This document shows, piece after piece, positions 49,959 to 64,000 of a stretch of DNA of 64,000 nt. Source of the stretch: Moniliella sp. 'wahieum'. Lineage: Eukaryota. Location: positions 558,001 to 622,000 of the forward strand of contig RSEE01000016.1 in assembly GCA_003971905.1 (NCBI GenBank), read 5' to 3'. The notes under the pieces were generated by a model that ran no database searches, had not been told where the DNA came from, and worked only from the letters and a program-made list of their open reading frames with translations. Both the position numbers and the translations under genes were made by a program. Every line of letters begins with the position of its first letter. The first letter of the stretch is position 1.

Positions 49959-52900
49959 ATGCCCGCTGCCGTGTCTGCGCATGCCGCCCAGCAGCATCCG
50001 CTCGGCCTGCCCACCTCCACCCCCACCACCACCAGCCCCTCCTCCAGCTCCGACCCCGCCGACTCGGACGCCTCGCCAAGCAGCACCGATGGCTCGGACT
50101 GGGAAGACGATCCCCGCGTTGTTCTCCTTCGCCGCCCATACACCACCTCTCGCACCTACATGACCGCCGTGCCCGACACGCTCGCCCAGCTCGAGGCCAA
50201 GGCCGCCTCCCTCTTTGCCCGCCCTCCGGCGCCGCGCCCGCGCCTCCCGGCATCAGCTCCGCGTCCGCCTTACCCTCGGCGACGGCCAGGCGCAGTGTGC
50301 CCCGACGCGCTCTGCGCCCTCAATGACCGCGAAGTCCTGACTGTACGTTTTTATTATGCCCCCTCGGCACCTGGTGCAGCCTCGCTTGCCGGCCTGCGCC
50401 CGTCGCGCGGCGCGTCCGCTTTGCTCCCCTGCCCCCGCCCACCTCGAGCCAGCGTCGTCCCGCCCCCCCGGCGGCGGTGATCCAGCAAGCGAGCGGCCGT
50501 CTCACTCTACGCCTCGATCCCCAAGCGAGGCTCCCTTTTTTCTTCATCCGTGCCTTCCGTACCGCCGGCCCGGCTGCACCTTCAGGTCTCGGTCTCTTAC
50601 CTCCCGTTCAGAGTCACGTACGCCTCCTTCCCTTACCCGCTCCATTCCTCCACCAGTTCGCCCACCCCCACCTACACCCAAGCCCAGTGCCCAGACGTCC
50701 CAGGCGCCTTCCCTCGCTCCCCTGCTCTATGCCTCGCCTCGTCTTCACCTCCTCATGACCACCCAGCTCCACCTCTGCCCCTTCACCTCAACCGGCGCCC
50801 AACATGCCCGCTGCACCCAGTCCCTCTCCAGAATCACCACACGAGGAGACGATCCCGGACGCAGAACCCCTGGACGGACCGCCCGGCCCGCTTTCGCCCA
50901 ACGAGGGTGCCCTGGAGCCATCTGAAAAGGTGGCCCACACCGGAGCCCATGGGAGTTGGAACAGGCATGTGCCGACGTACCCCACACATCCCCTTCCGCG
51001 AGAGAGCAATCTGCCGGCGCCACCGCACGACAAGTCACCCTGCCGCCTTCCCAAGGACCTCCCCCCCCCCCTTTCATCCAAGCGGTCCCGCCACGCCTTA
51101 CTGCCCGAGGCTCCGCTTCCACCGGTAGGAAAGGAGACAGATGCGGCATTACTTGCCAATGATGCGCCGGCGAACGGAGCTTCGGAGGCGGCTTCATTCG
51201 GAACCCCCAATAGTTGCCCCCGACGCACCTAGCCTGGACAACTTGGCTCGGGCCACGCGTCCCACCCATCGCGGGACTCCTCGCACTGCGCCTCCGATTT
51301 TTGTGCGGGAGGCCGAGGAGATGGATCTGGCTTCGTCCGACAATGGTTGGTGAAGATGAAGGGGGAGTAGCAAGCAGCACGACGCTTTCTCCCGGCCTCA
51401 CCAGCCCACACCTTCGTACGGTACGTGCGGTCGCCGGAAAGCCTGTATGCCAATTTCTCATTGGGTCCAACTTGTCGCCTCCGCGTCCTGAACGACGGGG
51501 GGACACGACAGCGTATGCTTCGCCTACCGCGTGGGGGTCTTGGGCTCGTCGCCGTCTCGGTCTCAATCGTCCCTTGCTGGGACCTGCGGCGAAGCCGAGT
51601 CGGTGCTGACTGCCTCCCCGGTTTCGCCTGCCTCCTCCGCCTCTCCGCTTCGGCCACGCTCTTCGCCCGGTGCACGACGCCCGACTCGGACGAGCTCTTG
51701 GCTCTGCTGTCGTCGGACGAGGAGGAGTTGACCCCTGTGCCGGGGACATCCTTGGTCGTCCGCCGGTCCGCGCGCGCCGCTCTCCTTCGCCCACACGGGC
51801 CCTTGCCACGCCACTCTCTGTCCCCCTCGGCTTCGCGCAGCAAGCGGCGCAGGACGCGCAGAAAACGCGCGCGCAACGCCAAGCGCGACCGCGCCCAGCG
51901 CACGCTTCGCCCGCCGCCACGGATGTCCCGCAGGCGGAAACCCCAGGTGCTCGAGGTGGAGTCGGAGCAAGAGAGTGAGGATGACGACTGAACACCTGGC
52001 CTCGTTGGTTCCCAAGCGCTCGGCCCGCAAGCGACGCGCTGCCAGCCCGCCGCCAGTTTGCGATCCCCTGCGCCGGTCAAGCGTCCGCGGCGTTCGCCTC
52101 GGGTGGCCAAATCCGTGTCGGTAGACGACGAGGCCCGAACGGAAGTAGGCCCTGGCGACGTGCCGTCGCAGCAGGACGCAGTGTGGAGCGATGAGGATAG
52201 GAGGGATGTGGGCTACTTTCCGTTGAAGTGCAAGACGTTTTGCCTAACCCCGCCTGCCTCCGACGCACTCACCAGCTTGACCAGTCCTTCCGCCCGGCTG
52301 GCAGTTGCTCCAAGCAGTCAACGCGCACCCTGCCGCCTCGTCTTCCGACCCGCTTCTCCGGATCGGGCCGAAGCCCCTTCCAATCCTCCTGAGTACGTCC
52401 TTGTCGACCTTGCCTACTTCCCCTTTCCCCCCCCCTCCCTCCTATGTACGTCTGCTCACCAGTGTCCTGTGCTCGTGTGGATCGGCAGACTTGAGCTCGA
52501 TCGAGGCCCGACTGCGGTGGCTCTACCGCGCCCAACGACGCGCTGTCCTCGCTTCGTCCGTCACTCCCCCCTGCCCCCCCTTGACCAGATGGACGACAGC
52601 GACAGCTCCCTCACCAGCGACGAAGAGGAGGAACGCCAAGTGAACTGCAGCCTCGCTGGGCTCGAGGCGGGCGGGGGCATGGCGCCGCTCGAGCTGGTGG
52701 TGCGTGAGCTGACGGCGCTCTGCGTCCATCCAACGGACTGCGCCGGCGCGCTCGCGCCGCGCCCAGCACGCTCGCTCTGCCCACCAGCTCGCCCGGGCTG
52801 CTGCGGCTCGTGGACGCTAAGCGCCTGCGCCGTCGGCTGCGAGCGCTGAGCCACATGCGCAGTGCTTTGTGCCTGCGGGGAACGAGGCTGGGGACCCGGC

Positions 52901-53022
52901 AGGCGACATCGATCAGTGGTCCAGCGAAGCGCGTTGGACGTTGGTCGCCCGTAGGGTTGCGACTAGGGTGGGCACGTGGGCCGGGCGACATGGGCCGGGA
53001 AACGATACCTAGTAAAGCTTAA
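49959..53022 (+). CDS. Hypothetical low-complexity protein (probably multi-exon/frameshifted; end uncertain)
   Basis: Chain of plus-strand GC-rich ORFs starting MPAAVSAHAAQQ..., with acidic and basic tracts; no family recognised. Confidence 0.35.
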
Positions 53023-53559
53023 CGAGGCGCTGGACCGACACGACTCGGATAGATTGAGAGACCTGCTTCTACGATACCTGATAGGCCTCAACGGTAGCGT
53101 AGAAGACAACCCTGACAGATAGCTTTGCCGTCATGGTGAGTTGAGCCGCGTCAACTGAGAAGACAAACGCCGGGAGGGTCTGACCCAACCTGGCCAACCG
53201 ACCAGCCCCAGTCGGCCTATTCCACTCCCCGCCCATCCGACAGGATGTGGCCACTGGGTTTGGGCCGCAGTGGCGATGGCATCACATGGGACTGCCCTGG
53301 ACTGATGTAGTGAGTATCTGCTGCGCTCTGACTGCCCTCGCCATCTTAATCAGGCCAGTGTGCAGACGGGCTGACCAGTGACTGCTGGGCTCGGGCGGGG
53401 GGGCAGGGTGTGCGGTTTTACGTTTCAGGACGGTGGCGCCAGCAAAGCAGGCACTGCGCTGTCTTCGCATAGCACGTGGATGAGCCTCATCGGTCATCAT
53501 TGCCTCGCCGTTCGTCTGTTACTTCTTGCCCTTGCCCTTCCCCCCCTCTTTCCCCTCCG

Positions 53560-55026
53560 ATGGCTGCGGTGTGGAACTGGTACACTGCGCGTGCTGCCCA
53601 CCTGGCGGTCGCCGCGGGCGTCCCTGCGCTCGCGCCCCACGTTGGCGTCGTCGTCGTCTCGCTGGCGGCGTGGGGGTGATCCAGCAGGCGTCGCAGCGCT
53701 TATCGCCCCGCCTGTTCCCGCGCACCTTTGCGCGCTTCAGCACCCGCACCCGCAAACAATTCGACATCCACGTCGTCTCCATGGCCCACTCGGTCGTGGT
53801 CACCCTGCTTGCGTTTTGTGCGTGGAACCGGATCCGGAACGAGCGCAATGCACTCGCCGCGGGTGCTAGCCCCGCCGACGTGTTCGCCTCCCGTCCTGTG
53901 GTGACCGACCCCCGCGTGGCGCACTACCCACCCTCGGCTGTCGAGCGCTGGGTCGGGTACGATGCCCCGGCCGGCAATGTCTGGCCATCTGCCTCGGCTA
54001 CTTATTTGGGACGCCTACATCACTCTCGGTACGCCCCCCCCCCTAACCCTGCGTCCCTGCATCGTCGGGGTATGGTAGACGAGAGTACTGACTCGTCCTT
54101 TGCCCCTCCTTCTTGTCCCGTCCCCCTCAGCACGAGACGCCCGCGTTCGTAATCCATGGCTTGGTGTTGTGTTTTGGGTTTTCGCAGTAACTTTGTACGT
54201 TTGCCTCCTGTCTTGCCCCCCCCCCCCCTGGGCCCAATGCAACCGGGACGGACCAGCTGACGTTTTTTTGCTTCAGCACCGATGGGGATGTGGGACGGAC
54301 TGAGCTACACCATGTGGGAAGCGTCGACTCGACGTTACCCCCCCACCCCCCCCGTTCTGCCCTAACTGAGACGAGAACTGACCTGGTGTTGCCACAGCCT
54401 TCCTCAACGTCCATTGGTTTTTGGACAAGTTCAACAAGACGGATCGGTGTGGCAGAGGGTCAAACGCTGTAGTTTGCTCAGCGCCTATGTGGGGGTGCGA
54501 CTGGTGTTTGGGATGCGCAACGTGAGTACCCCGGTTCTGAGCAAGTGCTCGGGCACCATCGAAACTGACCTTTGTTGCTTTGCTTTGCCTGGGCCGGGCG
54601 GACAGTCGTACGACCTGTTTGCCACCACGTGGTTTAACAAGGAACCGCTCGACCCCCGCTCCCGCGCTTCCAACACATTTACTTGTCTGTCGCCGTCTTG
54701 CACTCAACACGCTCAACGTAATCTGGTTCAAGCGGTTGCGTCCCCCCCCCCCGTCTCCTCGCATGGTCGACGGGACTGACGGACTGAGTGACTGCTGGGC
54801 TGACCCGACTCATCTCACCTCCTTGCTCTCTTGCTTGCTCTTCCTCTTCCTCTTTGCTTCCTCTGACTGCTGTGCAGATGGTCATGGCGATCCTCAAACG
54901 ATTGAAAGCCCAAGGAGGCCGATCCGGCGCTCCAGCACGAAGCCGGCTTCCCCCGAGGACAGCCGTCCGGCCACGCCCTTGGTCCCCAACGCAAATGCCA
55001 AAGCCTCGGCAAGCAAGGAAGCTTGA
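53560..55026 (+). CDS. TLC (TRAM/LAG1/CLN8) domain membrane protein, multi-exon
   Basis: FDIHVVSMAHSVVV, ERWVGYD, PFLNVHWFLDK, VRLVFG and LNTLNVIWF..M motifs typical of the TMEM56/YPR114W-like group. Confidence 0.75.
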
Positions 55027-55462
55027 GGCCGGAGGAGTGCGGTCTGAGGGGGCAAAAGGTTGCGCTGCTGCCCGCACGCCTTCTCCAGCAACCGCTCTTC
55101 CAGGCGCAAGCTTTGAGGCCGGTGTGGTGCCAGCGGTCTGCGTAGCATCAGTCTGATGGCGCGCCAATGGGGACGATGATCATTAATCATTGGGCTTGGT
55201 TCTTGCCTCCGCTGCCTTTGGGACTATATATGCTGCCACCGACAATCGCATCTAGCCGATCGCATCTCCATTTGCATCTTACTTATCGAGTCCAACCTGG
55301 GGGGTGGGGGATGGGGGTAGAAGAACAAGGTGTCTTATTTTGGCAACGTATGGTACATGGGCCGAAGCTTCTACCAGCTTCCAGACAGAGGACAAGGCAC
55401 ACACAAAGAAGGAAAGAGAGCCAGAGCCGTATGCCGTGCTGGTACTCTGTAGTGTACTGTTC

Positions 55463-57141
55463 TCATAGGCGAGCGGGGGCGAGCGCCTTGTTGAGGTACG
55501 GGTACAGGTCTGAGGTGAGGAACTCGGAGGGCTTGGGCAACCGTACCTGGTCCGACAGGTACTTGCGAGCCAGGTCCACGGCGTTGGGGTCGAGCTTGGT
55601 CAGTTTGGCCGCTTCCTCTGCCAAGAGCTGGTCGACATAGGGGGGGTGACCTTGTGTCCCTCGACGGTCGACGCGCCGTGGTACACCCAGGACCAGAGCC
55701 CGACCCGGGAAATCTCGGCCGTCGCCGCATCCTCCATCATGTAGTTGATCGGCACACACCCATTGCCCTTGACCCAATTGGCGCAGTAGCCCAACAGCGC
55801 CGACACGTTGGCCCGCGCGCCCGCCCTCGGTAATCTGCCCTGGCACCGCGGCATTGACCAAGTCCTTGGCGGTCACCGTCACCTCTTCGCGCCGGACAAA
55901 GTACTGGTTGGGACCGAGCATGTGCTGGTCGAAAATTTCCAGCGCAATCTTGACCAACGCCGGGTGGGCGACCCAGGTACCATCGTGGCCCGCCTGCACT
56001 TCGCGCAGCTTGTCGGCGCGAACCTTGTTCATGGCCACCTCGTTGGCCTGCGGGTTGTCCTTGATGGGGATCTGGGCGGCCATGCCGCCAATCGCAGCGA
56101 CGCCGCGCTTGTGGCACGTTTGGATCAGCAGGTTGACATAGGCCTGCATAAACGGCACCGTCATCGTCACATCGCCGGTCGGGCAAGAGCTGTTGCTTTT
56201 GGAAGCGCTGCCGCTTGATAAACGAAAAAATGTAGTCCCACCGACCACAGTTGAGCCCGAACTGTGGTCGCGCAACTCGTAGAGAATCTCATCCATCTGG
56301 AATGCCGCTGTGATGGTCTCGATCAGTACCGTACCGCGAATCGTGCCGCGCGGGATGGCAAGGTAATCTTGCGCCACATTGAACACGTCGTTCCACAGCC
56401 GCGCTTCGAGGTGGTGCTCCATCTTGGGCAGGTAAAAGTACGGGCCATAGCCGGTCCGGACCAGCTCCTTGGCATTGTGGAAAAAGTACAGCGCAAAGTC
56501 AAACAGCCCGCCCGACACGGCCGTGCCATCAATCACCACATTCGCCTCGTCCAGATGCCAGCCACGGGGGCGGACAATCAACGTGGCCGTCTGCCCCGCC
56601 GGCTTGAGCTTGTACGCCTTGCCGTTCGGCAGGCTAAAGTCAATCTGGCGAAACACAGCGTCGCGCATGTTGACTTGGCCATCCAAATTGTTGGCCCAGG
56701 TGGGCGAGTTGGAATCTTCAAAGTCGGCCATGTACGTGTACGCGCCCGAGTTGAGCGCATTGATCACCATCTTGCGGTCCACGGGGCCGGTAATCTCCAC
56801 GCGCCGGTCGCGCAGCCCCGGCGCAGGTGGCGCCGCACGCCACGTAGCGTCCTTCCGAATGTACGCCGTCTCGGGCAAAAAGTCCAGTGCCACGCCCGCG
56901 TCCAATTGAAGTTGCCGAATCTCGCGCGCCTTGAGCAACTGGTGCCGGCGCGCATTAAAGTTGCGGTGCAGAACCGCGACAAACTGGAGCGCTTCGGGCG
57001 TAAGAATTCCTTGTGCGCGCCCTCGACGGGGCCTAACGGGTGAAGGGCGGGGGTGCGTTAGCTAGGGAACCCATCTGAGCCAAGGGCAAGAATAGCACCC
57101 AATCAAGACGTACCAAGAACACGAACGCCTTCGAGAGCCAT
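55463..57141 (-). CDS. MLS1: Malate synthase (glyoxylate cycle), peroxisomal PTS1 -ARL; short first exon, several frameshifts
   Basis: [65 protein letters not shown] and [11 protein letters not shown]. Confidence 0.97.
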
Positions 57142-58026
57142 GATTGGAATCCAAAAGCGAGCAGGAGAACAGGATGGGGGGGTGGAGAAACGGGCCAAGG
57201 CCCAGACGCCGCCTTTTAACCCCCCGGCGCCAGCCGTTCGCTTTCAGGTGCGGGGGGCGAGGCTGGTGACGAGGGGACATGGGTGTTGGCAGGGACGATG
57301 GGCGATGGATAGGATGAGCACGGCAACACTGCCCTGTGCGGCCGTGCAGGCATACGCCAGAGGCGATGTTCGATCCAATCTCACATTCATCTCAAAGATC
57401 TGAGATCCAGCGCGCCTGCACGCGCACTGCCGCCGTGCGTGGGCAGGCGCTTCGTCCGCTTGGTCCATTTCCGCTTCCTCCGCGCGTCCGTCCCCTCACA
57501 TGCACGTCACATGTCACAGGCTCTTGCGCGTGCCTCCGGCCCGGCCGGGACCAATGCCAGAAAGAAACATGGCGGCCGGGCTATTTACGCGCTTGTACGA
57601 GCAAACCCCCGTTGCCTTCAGCGCAGCTCGAACCCAACCACCACTTCCATCCATCCCATCCCCCCCCCTGTACGCTGCGGTTACGCGTGACACACCTGTG
57701 ATCGTCCCAGAAAGCCGGTCGGAATTGTTTTTCTGGGCAGGCAGGATGGATGGTGGGTTACGCCCGTTCTCAAGAGCGCAAATGAAGTGCTCTCAGTGGC
57801 GATAGGATCACGACTGCTAACTGAGAGGCTATCCGATGCATAACTACCGACCAGCTGTCAGACAGGCTCCTAGACTACGCGTTGAATTTGCGTAGACACA
57901 TGGTAGATTGCAAATAAGGGAGCATGGCGCAGTATCCAACTGCTGGTACAGAGAGCAGGCTCAATGGGTGGGTCGAAGAGCAAGCGAAGTGGACGTCGAG
58001 CGAAGATGGAGACGGCTGCAAGAGCT

Positions 58027-58362
<336 letters not shown>

Positions 58363-58628
58363 TCAGCAAGGGAAGCACAGAAGGTGCATGCAACGGTGGG
58401 TTGTGAGTGGCAACGTACTTGTTGAGGGAGAGAGAGGGGAGAAGAGGAAAGACGAGAGAACGGGTGGAGGGAAAAGGTAGTGAATTGGGACGAGCTGGCC
58501 ACTATATATACAACCGGATGGCCCCTTGGAGTTGGGTTGATGATTGACGCGCTGACGCGCGGAGGCTGGTACAGAGTCCTGACTGAGCCACTTGTAGACA
58601 CAACCACCTGCCATGGGGCAACGAGCAC

Positions 58629-58825
58629 TGTGAACATGTGAACGCGGCAGCTGTGAACGTGGAGAGGCATTTGCGCCGAGATCTGACGCGTGACGGTGAC
58701 GAAGAAGTTTGAAAGTTGCTTTCTACTTACACGTTCACAAGACGAGCGACGGATGAGCCGCTGCGTTCACAGCCTACAGGCGGCATACGTAATCCGTTCA
58801 CAGCGGTGCCCCCGTCGCGTTCACA
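58629..58825. promoter_or_regulatory. Cluster of 7 (C/T)GTTCACA motifs in the H4-H3 divergent promoter
   Basis: Reverse copies at 58629, 58637 and 58652; forward copies at 58732, 58764, 58795 and 58818. Confidence 0.65.
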
Positions 58826-59045
58826 ACCGGGGCTCTGCCTGGTGGTGGACGGACAGCGGGAGGGCGGCCAGCGACGAAGGCGCACCCAGCAGTGTCTTAC
58901 GCGTGCCCACCCTCCCCGCAGCTACACTAGCCCTCGGGTACTCCAGCCTCCGATGCTCTCAGAATATATAAACTCTGACCCACTCCCCTCGTCCCTTGAC
59001 ACCATCGCCACACCCTCCTCGCACCCCTTTTCCTTCTCATACAAC

Positions 59046-59548
<503 letters not shown>

Positions 59549-60617
59549 GCATGCCCCCATGCGGGGACACGTTTTGTTCCGCTTTTGTATATGTACTACT
59601 GTCACTCTATGATTTGGAAGCACCTTGGGCTTGGCTGCAAATGTGTAGATGGACAGTTTTTGACGCTTGAAGCTGCGAGTATACCCTTCAGAGCTTTCTG
59701 GATGAGATATGAAGCTTGAAGGGGTAATAGCAACCCGATGGTTTGGGTTCAGCGTGTTCAACCCACGCTAACGCTAACATGTAACAAGAGATGCGGCGCT
59801 CTCAGATCGCAGCTCTCTTCAAGCTTGAACTTCAAGCTTCATGCATTCATGGTTCAAGCTTCAAGCCTCAGTACTCGGTACACTTGTCGGAGGCGTGCTT
59901 CACACATGGAACCTGGCACACGCGACGGATCGGCCCATGCAGAGAGAGAGACCAGTAACCCGGAGCCTGTGTGGCCTTTTGCGCCCTCCGCCAGTCTTCG
60001 TCTGCACGTCAGCTCCGCATAAAAGTAAGCAGCATGCATCAGGCATGGCAAACGTTGAGCACGACCAACTGAGATGGGCACGACTGTATGAACACTCCCG
60101 CCGCGGCCGTAGGCCGTATTCCTTACCAGTCGGCCGGCACAGCTGGTAACTCCAAGCCATGTTCATCAATCATCGCGTCAGACTTTTCAGGCTTCACGCT
60201 TCACGTGTCACATGTCACGACGTGAGGCAAACGCGTAATAGTACCACGCGCGCGACGCGAACAATGCAAGATAAAATATTGCCGCAAATCTCATCATACG
60301 CCGTGCAAATGGTTTGGGTGGGTCAGCTGGCCCAAACGCCGCCACGTCCCAATTCTCAATTCCCTGCCGAAGACCGCGAAAGCGCCACCAGCACCCATAG
60401 ACGACCCTTAGGCCCTACGTGGGTATCTACTGCTCATGCCAACGGTACCCGTAACAACACTAGCCACCCAAGGACGAGACGAGTCCCGGTTCTGGTTAAC
60501 CACCATCCGGAGAATTTACATACTAATAACGTAGAGTTCATGAAGCATGTGTTCGAGGTGCTAGAGTACAAAAAGTGCTGGAGGATATCGCCAGAGGAAA
60601 CGGATCCAATGAGACGC

Positions 60618-61108
60618 TTAGACCTCCTGCGATGCCTTCTTGCTCTTGCCCGACTTGGCGGGCAACAGCTCGGGTTATGTGTGGGAAGAACAACCACACC
60701 CTGGGAGATGGTAACACCGCCCAGAAGCTTGTTGAGCTCCTCGTCGTTGCGGATGGCCAGCTGGAGGTGGCGAGGCACGATCTGAAGTTACGTGGCCTGG
60801 TCAGCAAATGGACATGCAAAAAAGCAAAACAGACACAAGAGGGAAATACGCACACGACTCTTCTTGTTGTCACGCGCGGCGTTGCCAGCCAACTCGAGGA
60901 TTTCGGCAGTCAAATACTCGAGCACGGCAGCCAAGTAGACGGGCGCACCGGCACCGACACGCTGGGCATAGTTGCCCTTGCGAAGCAGACGGTGGATACG
61001 GCCCACAGGGAACTGCAGGCCAGCCTTGGCCGAACGCGAGGTCGCCTTGGAGCCAGCCGCGCCACCGGCCTTGCCACCCGACTTGCCACCAGACTTGCCG
61101 CCAGACAT
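60618..61108 (-). CDS. HTA1: Histone H2A with C-terminal SQEV (gamma-H2A motif); intron 60782-60853; indels in the 3' part
   Basis: [43 protein letters not shown]...[18 protein letters not shown]...KASQEV. Confidence 0.97.
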
Positions 61109-61603
61109 AGTTGAAGAGAAAAGTTGTTGAGGAGAGGTGGGGGGTGAAAAGGTTGGGAAGAGAGGTGGGGGTGAACCCGATGGACGCCCTTGGGACTGAC
61201 GGTTTTATACTGGTTGCGCGAATGGTGGGATGAGATCTGAGACAGCTACAACCTCGCTGGTGACTGGACCAGTGACTGGCAGGTGGCAGTGCGCAGTAGC
61301 GCGGAGGATGCTACAGGTCGTACCCGTTATCCTGCCTTACCCAGCCGAGGGCACGCAGGCCTACCGGCTTACCACCACCAAGGCCACCCTGCGTCGCTGG
61401 TCGCAGCCTGACTGGCACAGCGGCGCTGCCGGCTTGGAGGGTGGAACGAAGGGGCTGTGGCTAGTTACTGCGGTGGTGCGGAGACACTTGAAGTTTTGGT
61501 GCGCACTAATATTACTTGCAACGTGACGCGTGAAGCTTGAAGCTTGAAGGTTGAAGTACAACTTGATGTGGAGTGTCTCCAGCCAGGCTGCGGCAACATA
61601 CCG

Positions 61604-61763
61604 CGTTCACACGTTCACATCCGCAGGCGGCGCTCCGCCCCAAACGCGTCGCTTGGTGAATCTGTCTCACGCCTCTGCCTGGCGTGTCGCGTTGGAGGGC
61701 ATTCGACTGGGTAGGCCGGCGCGTTCTGCAACGCTGGCATCGACGCGCGTTCACATGTTCACA
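61604..61763. promoter_or_regulatory. Four (C/T)GTTCACA motifs in the H2A-H2B divergent promoter
   Basis: Tandem pairs at 61604/61612 and 61748/61756. Confidence 0.6.
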
Positions 61764-61916
61764 TCACCCGGCCTCCTCAGTGTCTGTTGTGCCAGATCAG
61801 CTACGTCTGCCTCAGCTTTTGTATAAAACCTTCACCCGGTGCGCCTCGTGCTCTGTGCAACACACCCACCCTTCCTCGTCCTTGTCAAGCCCAACTCGTC
61901 CTCACTTCGTTTCACT

Positions 61917-62418
61917 ATGCCTCCCAAGTCTGTTGCATCCAAGGCCCCCACAGCACGGGCGGTAAGGCTCCGCCAGCGCGTCCAAGACGACCGCTGCCAA
62001 GAAGACCTCCAAGTCGCCCGTCGAGGGAGGCAAGAAGAAGGCGCGCACCGTGCGCAAGGAGACCTACTCCACCTACATCTACCGTGTCCTGAAGCAGGTT
62101 CACCCCGACACGGGTATCTCCAACAAGGCAATGGCCATCCTCAACTCGTTCGTCTCGGACATCTTTGGTGCGTTGTCTCGTCCCGCTCTCCCTCTCCTCT
62201 CTCCTCCCGTACCTCGCTGCGGCCGCTAACCCACCTCGTTCTCTTTGCTGCAGAGCGCATTGCCACCGAAGCGTCGAAGCTGGCGTCGTACAACAAAAAG
62301 TCCACCATCTCCTCGCGCGAGATCCAGACCGCCGTGCGGCTCATCCTGCCTGGTGAGCTGAGCAAGCACGCCATCTCGGAGGGCCAAGTCGGTGACCAAG
62401 TTCTCTAGCACCAAGTAA
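61917..62418 (+). CDS. HTB1: Histone H2B (intron ~62168-62253; indels)
   Basis: [82 protein letters not shown]. Confidence 0.97.
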
Positions 62419-63251
62419 CCTGCTCCCGGTTCTGACGGGCTGGCTGCGGTGATTGTAGTGATACGTGTACCATTATTGATGCTTGGCATTGTGTCCATTT
62501 GTCTCGTTTCTCCCTTGAGCGTGGTAGGCAGCGGGATCAGTAGAGCGACAACAACTTGCATGTTGAGGGTCGCGCCCACCTGGGGTCGGATAGACAGGCG
62601 ATGTCCCACCAGTCGGACCCGAGAGACTTACCTAGTCGGCCCAATAAAGGGAATGGCCGGGTGGACAAGTGGTACTCTGCCTCTGGCCTGTCAACACGAG
62701 CGACAGATGCAAAGACGCGAACACAAAGGGCTCTGATAGGGTTTTGGGCCCTGGCTGGAGAGGATAAGTGTGTGGTGTGATGCGCCTGAGGCTGCGCAGA
62801 GGTAGGAGGGTAGGGAGGGATGGGCAGGCTGCTCCAAGGATTCTTGACCAAAGACCAACTCAGGGGCGTTCGGCAGAGGGGCTCCCCTTCAAGCAGCACG
62901 CGGCGCGAGGCGAGTGTGCGTTGCTCTGGTTGGGCTGCGCCACACTGGCACGGCGCCTGTTGCGGGCGGTGGTCACGTGGTTGGACGGGTGATAGGTGGG
63001 TGAGCGCGCGGCTGAGCAGCGCTGTTGGGCGAGGCGCCACGATGGGCGACGGGCGGCGATCCCAAGCGCTCCCCCACCGCCATTCCTTTCACCTCCCACC
63101 GGCGCTTTCTGCCACTGCGCCCCGCCAGTGCCAGCGCCAGCGCCATCGCTCCCGCCGCCCCCTCCTTCTCGCCTGGTCGGGAGCCCTCGCACGCTTCTCC
63201 TCGCCTGCGCCTCCCTCTGTCCTCTTTGCGCCCCACCACCCCCTCTTCGCC

Positions 63252-64000
63252 ATGTCGGGCAACGTCAAAGTCGTTGCGCGCTTCCGCCCTCCCAACACGC
63301 TCGAGTTGCGCGAGGGCGGCGACATTGTCGTCGACTTTAGCGCAGTCAATCCCACTGATCCTGGCGAACACACGATCAAGCTCCTTGGCTCCACCAACTC
63401 GGACGCGCTCAATGGCTTCACCTTTGACCGCATCTTCCCCATGGGCACCCCCAGCGCGACGTTTTCGAGTTTGGGATTCGCGACACGGTAGACGGTATGC
63501 CACCCCTCTTCCTTTTCTCGTGGCGCTTGCATGTACCACCCTGCTGACTCTATTCGTCAGATGTGGTCAACGGCTACAATGGCACCATCTTTGCCTATGG
63601 CCAAACGGGCTCGGGTAAGACGTTTACCATGATGGGCTCGGACATTGACGATGAAAACACCAAGGGTATTATCCCGCGCATTACCGAGCAAATCTTTGAG
63701 TCGATCATGGTCTCGCCACCAAATCTGGAATACTTTGTCAAGGTGAGCTACATGGAAATCTACATGGAAAAGATCCGCGACCTGCTGCAACCACAGAACG
63801 ACAATCTTCAAATCCACGAGGACAAGGCCCGCGGTGTCTATGTCAAGGGATTGACCGACGTTTATGTTGGCTCAACGGGTGAAGTATACGAGATTATGCG
63901 GCAGGGAAGCTCGGCCCGGGTCGTGTCCTACACCAACATGAACGCCGAGTCCTCCCGCTCCCATTCGATTTTCGTCATCAGCATTCAGCAGCGCACACCG
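63252..64000 (+). CDS. Kinesin-1 heavy chain (conventional kinesin), 5' part; runs off the window
   Basis: MSGNVKVVARFRPPN, FTFDRIF, GYNGTIFAYGQTGSGKTFTMMG (P-loop), VSYMEIYMEKIRDLL and NMNAESSRSHSIF. Confidence 0.95.

Noticed and set aside
48206..50155. 649-aa ORF and other long overlapping GC-rich ORFs
   Set aside because: Arg/Pro/Ala-rich shadow ORFs expected in very GC-rich promoter/UTR DNA.
55463..57141. Malate synthase, histones and RPL18 as pseudogenes or programmed frameshifts
   Set aside because: The indels affect many unrelated conserved genes and often sit in homopolymers; sequencing error is more parsimonious.

Overview
GC-rich eukaryotic DNA from a basidiomycete fungus. Short GT-AG introns with CTRAC branch sites and the gene set suggest Ustilaginomycotina (inference). 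About 25 genes or gene-like loci: DUF2423/YBL028C-like, SREBP-type bHLH (Sre1-like), mitochondrial Ohr, Ctf8, Sog2, Nat2/FAM210, Vtc1, Rpl18, Tra2-like SR protein, two Ser/Thr-rich single-pass membrane proteins, Pmp3, Snx3, GH79, a TLC-domain protein, malate synthase, a complete H4-H3/H2A-H2B histone cluster and the 5' part of kinesin-1. Many conserved genes carry single-base frameshifts, often in homopolymers, which look like assembly errors. Main unexplained signal: about 44 exact copies (counted by eye) of T[GC]A-(4-bp palindrome)-T[GC]A, all intergenic. They often chain in a 7-bp register and use all 12 G/C-containing palindromic cores. Other notable items: an apparently non-coding spliced host transcript with intronic box C/D snoRNAs, a histone-promoter motif CGTTCACA, an H3 with A75S/F78W beside K79, and a diverged dispersed repeat. 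All calls are by eye, with no database searches.
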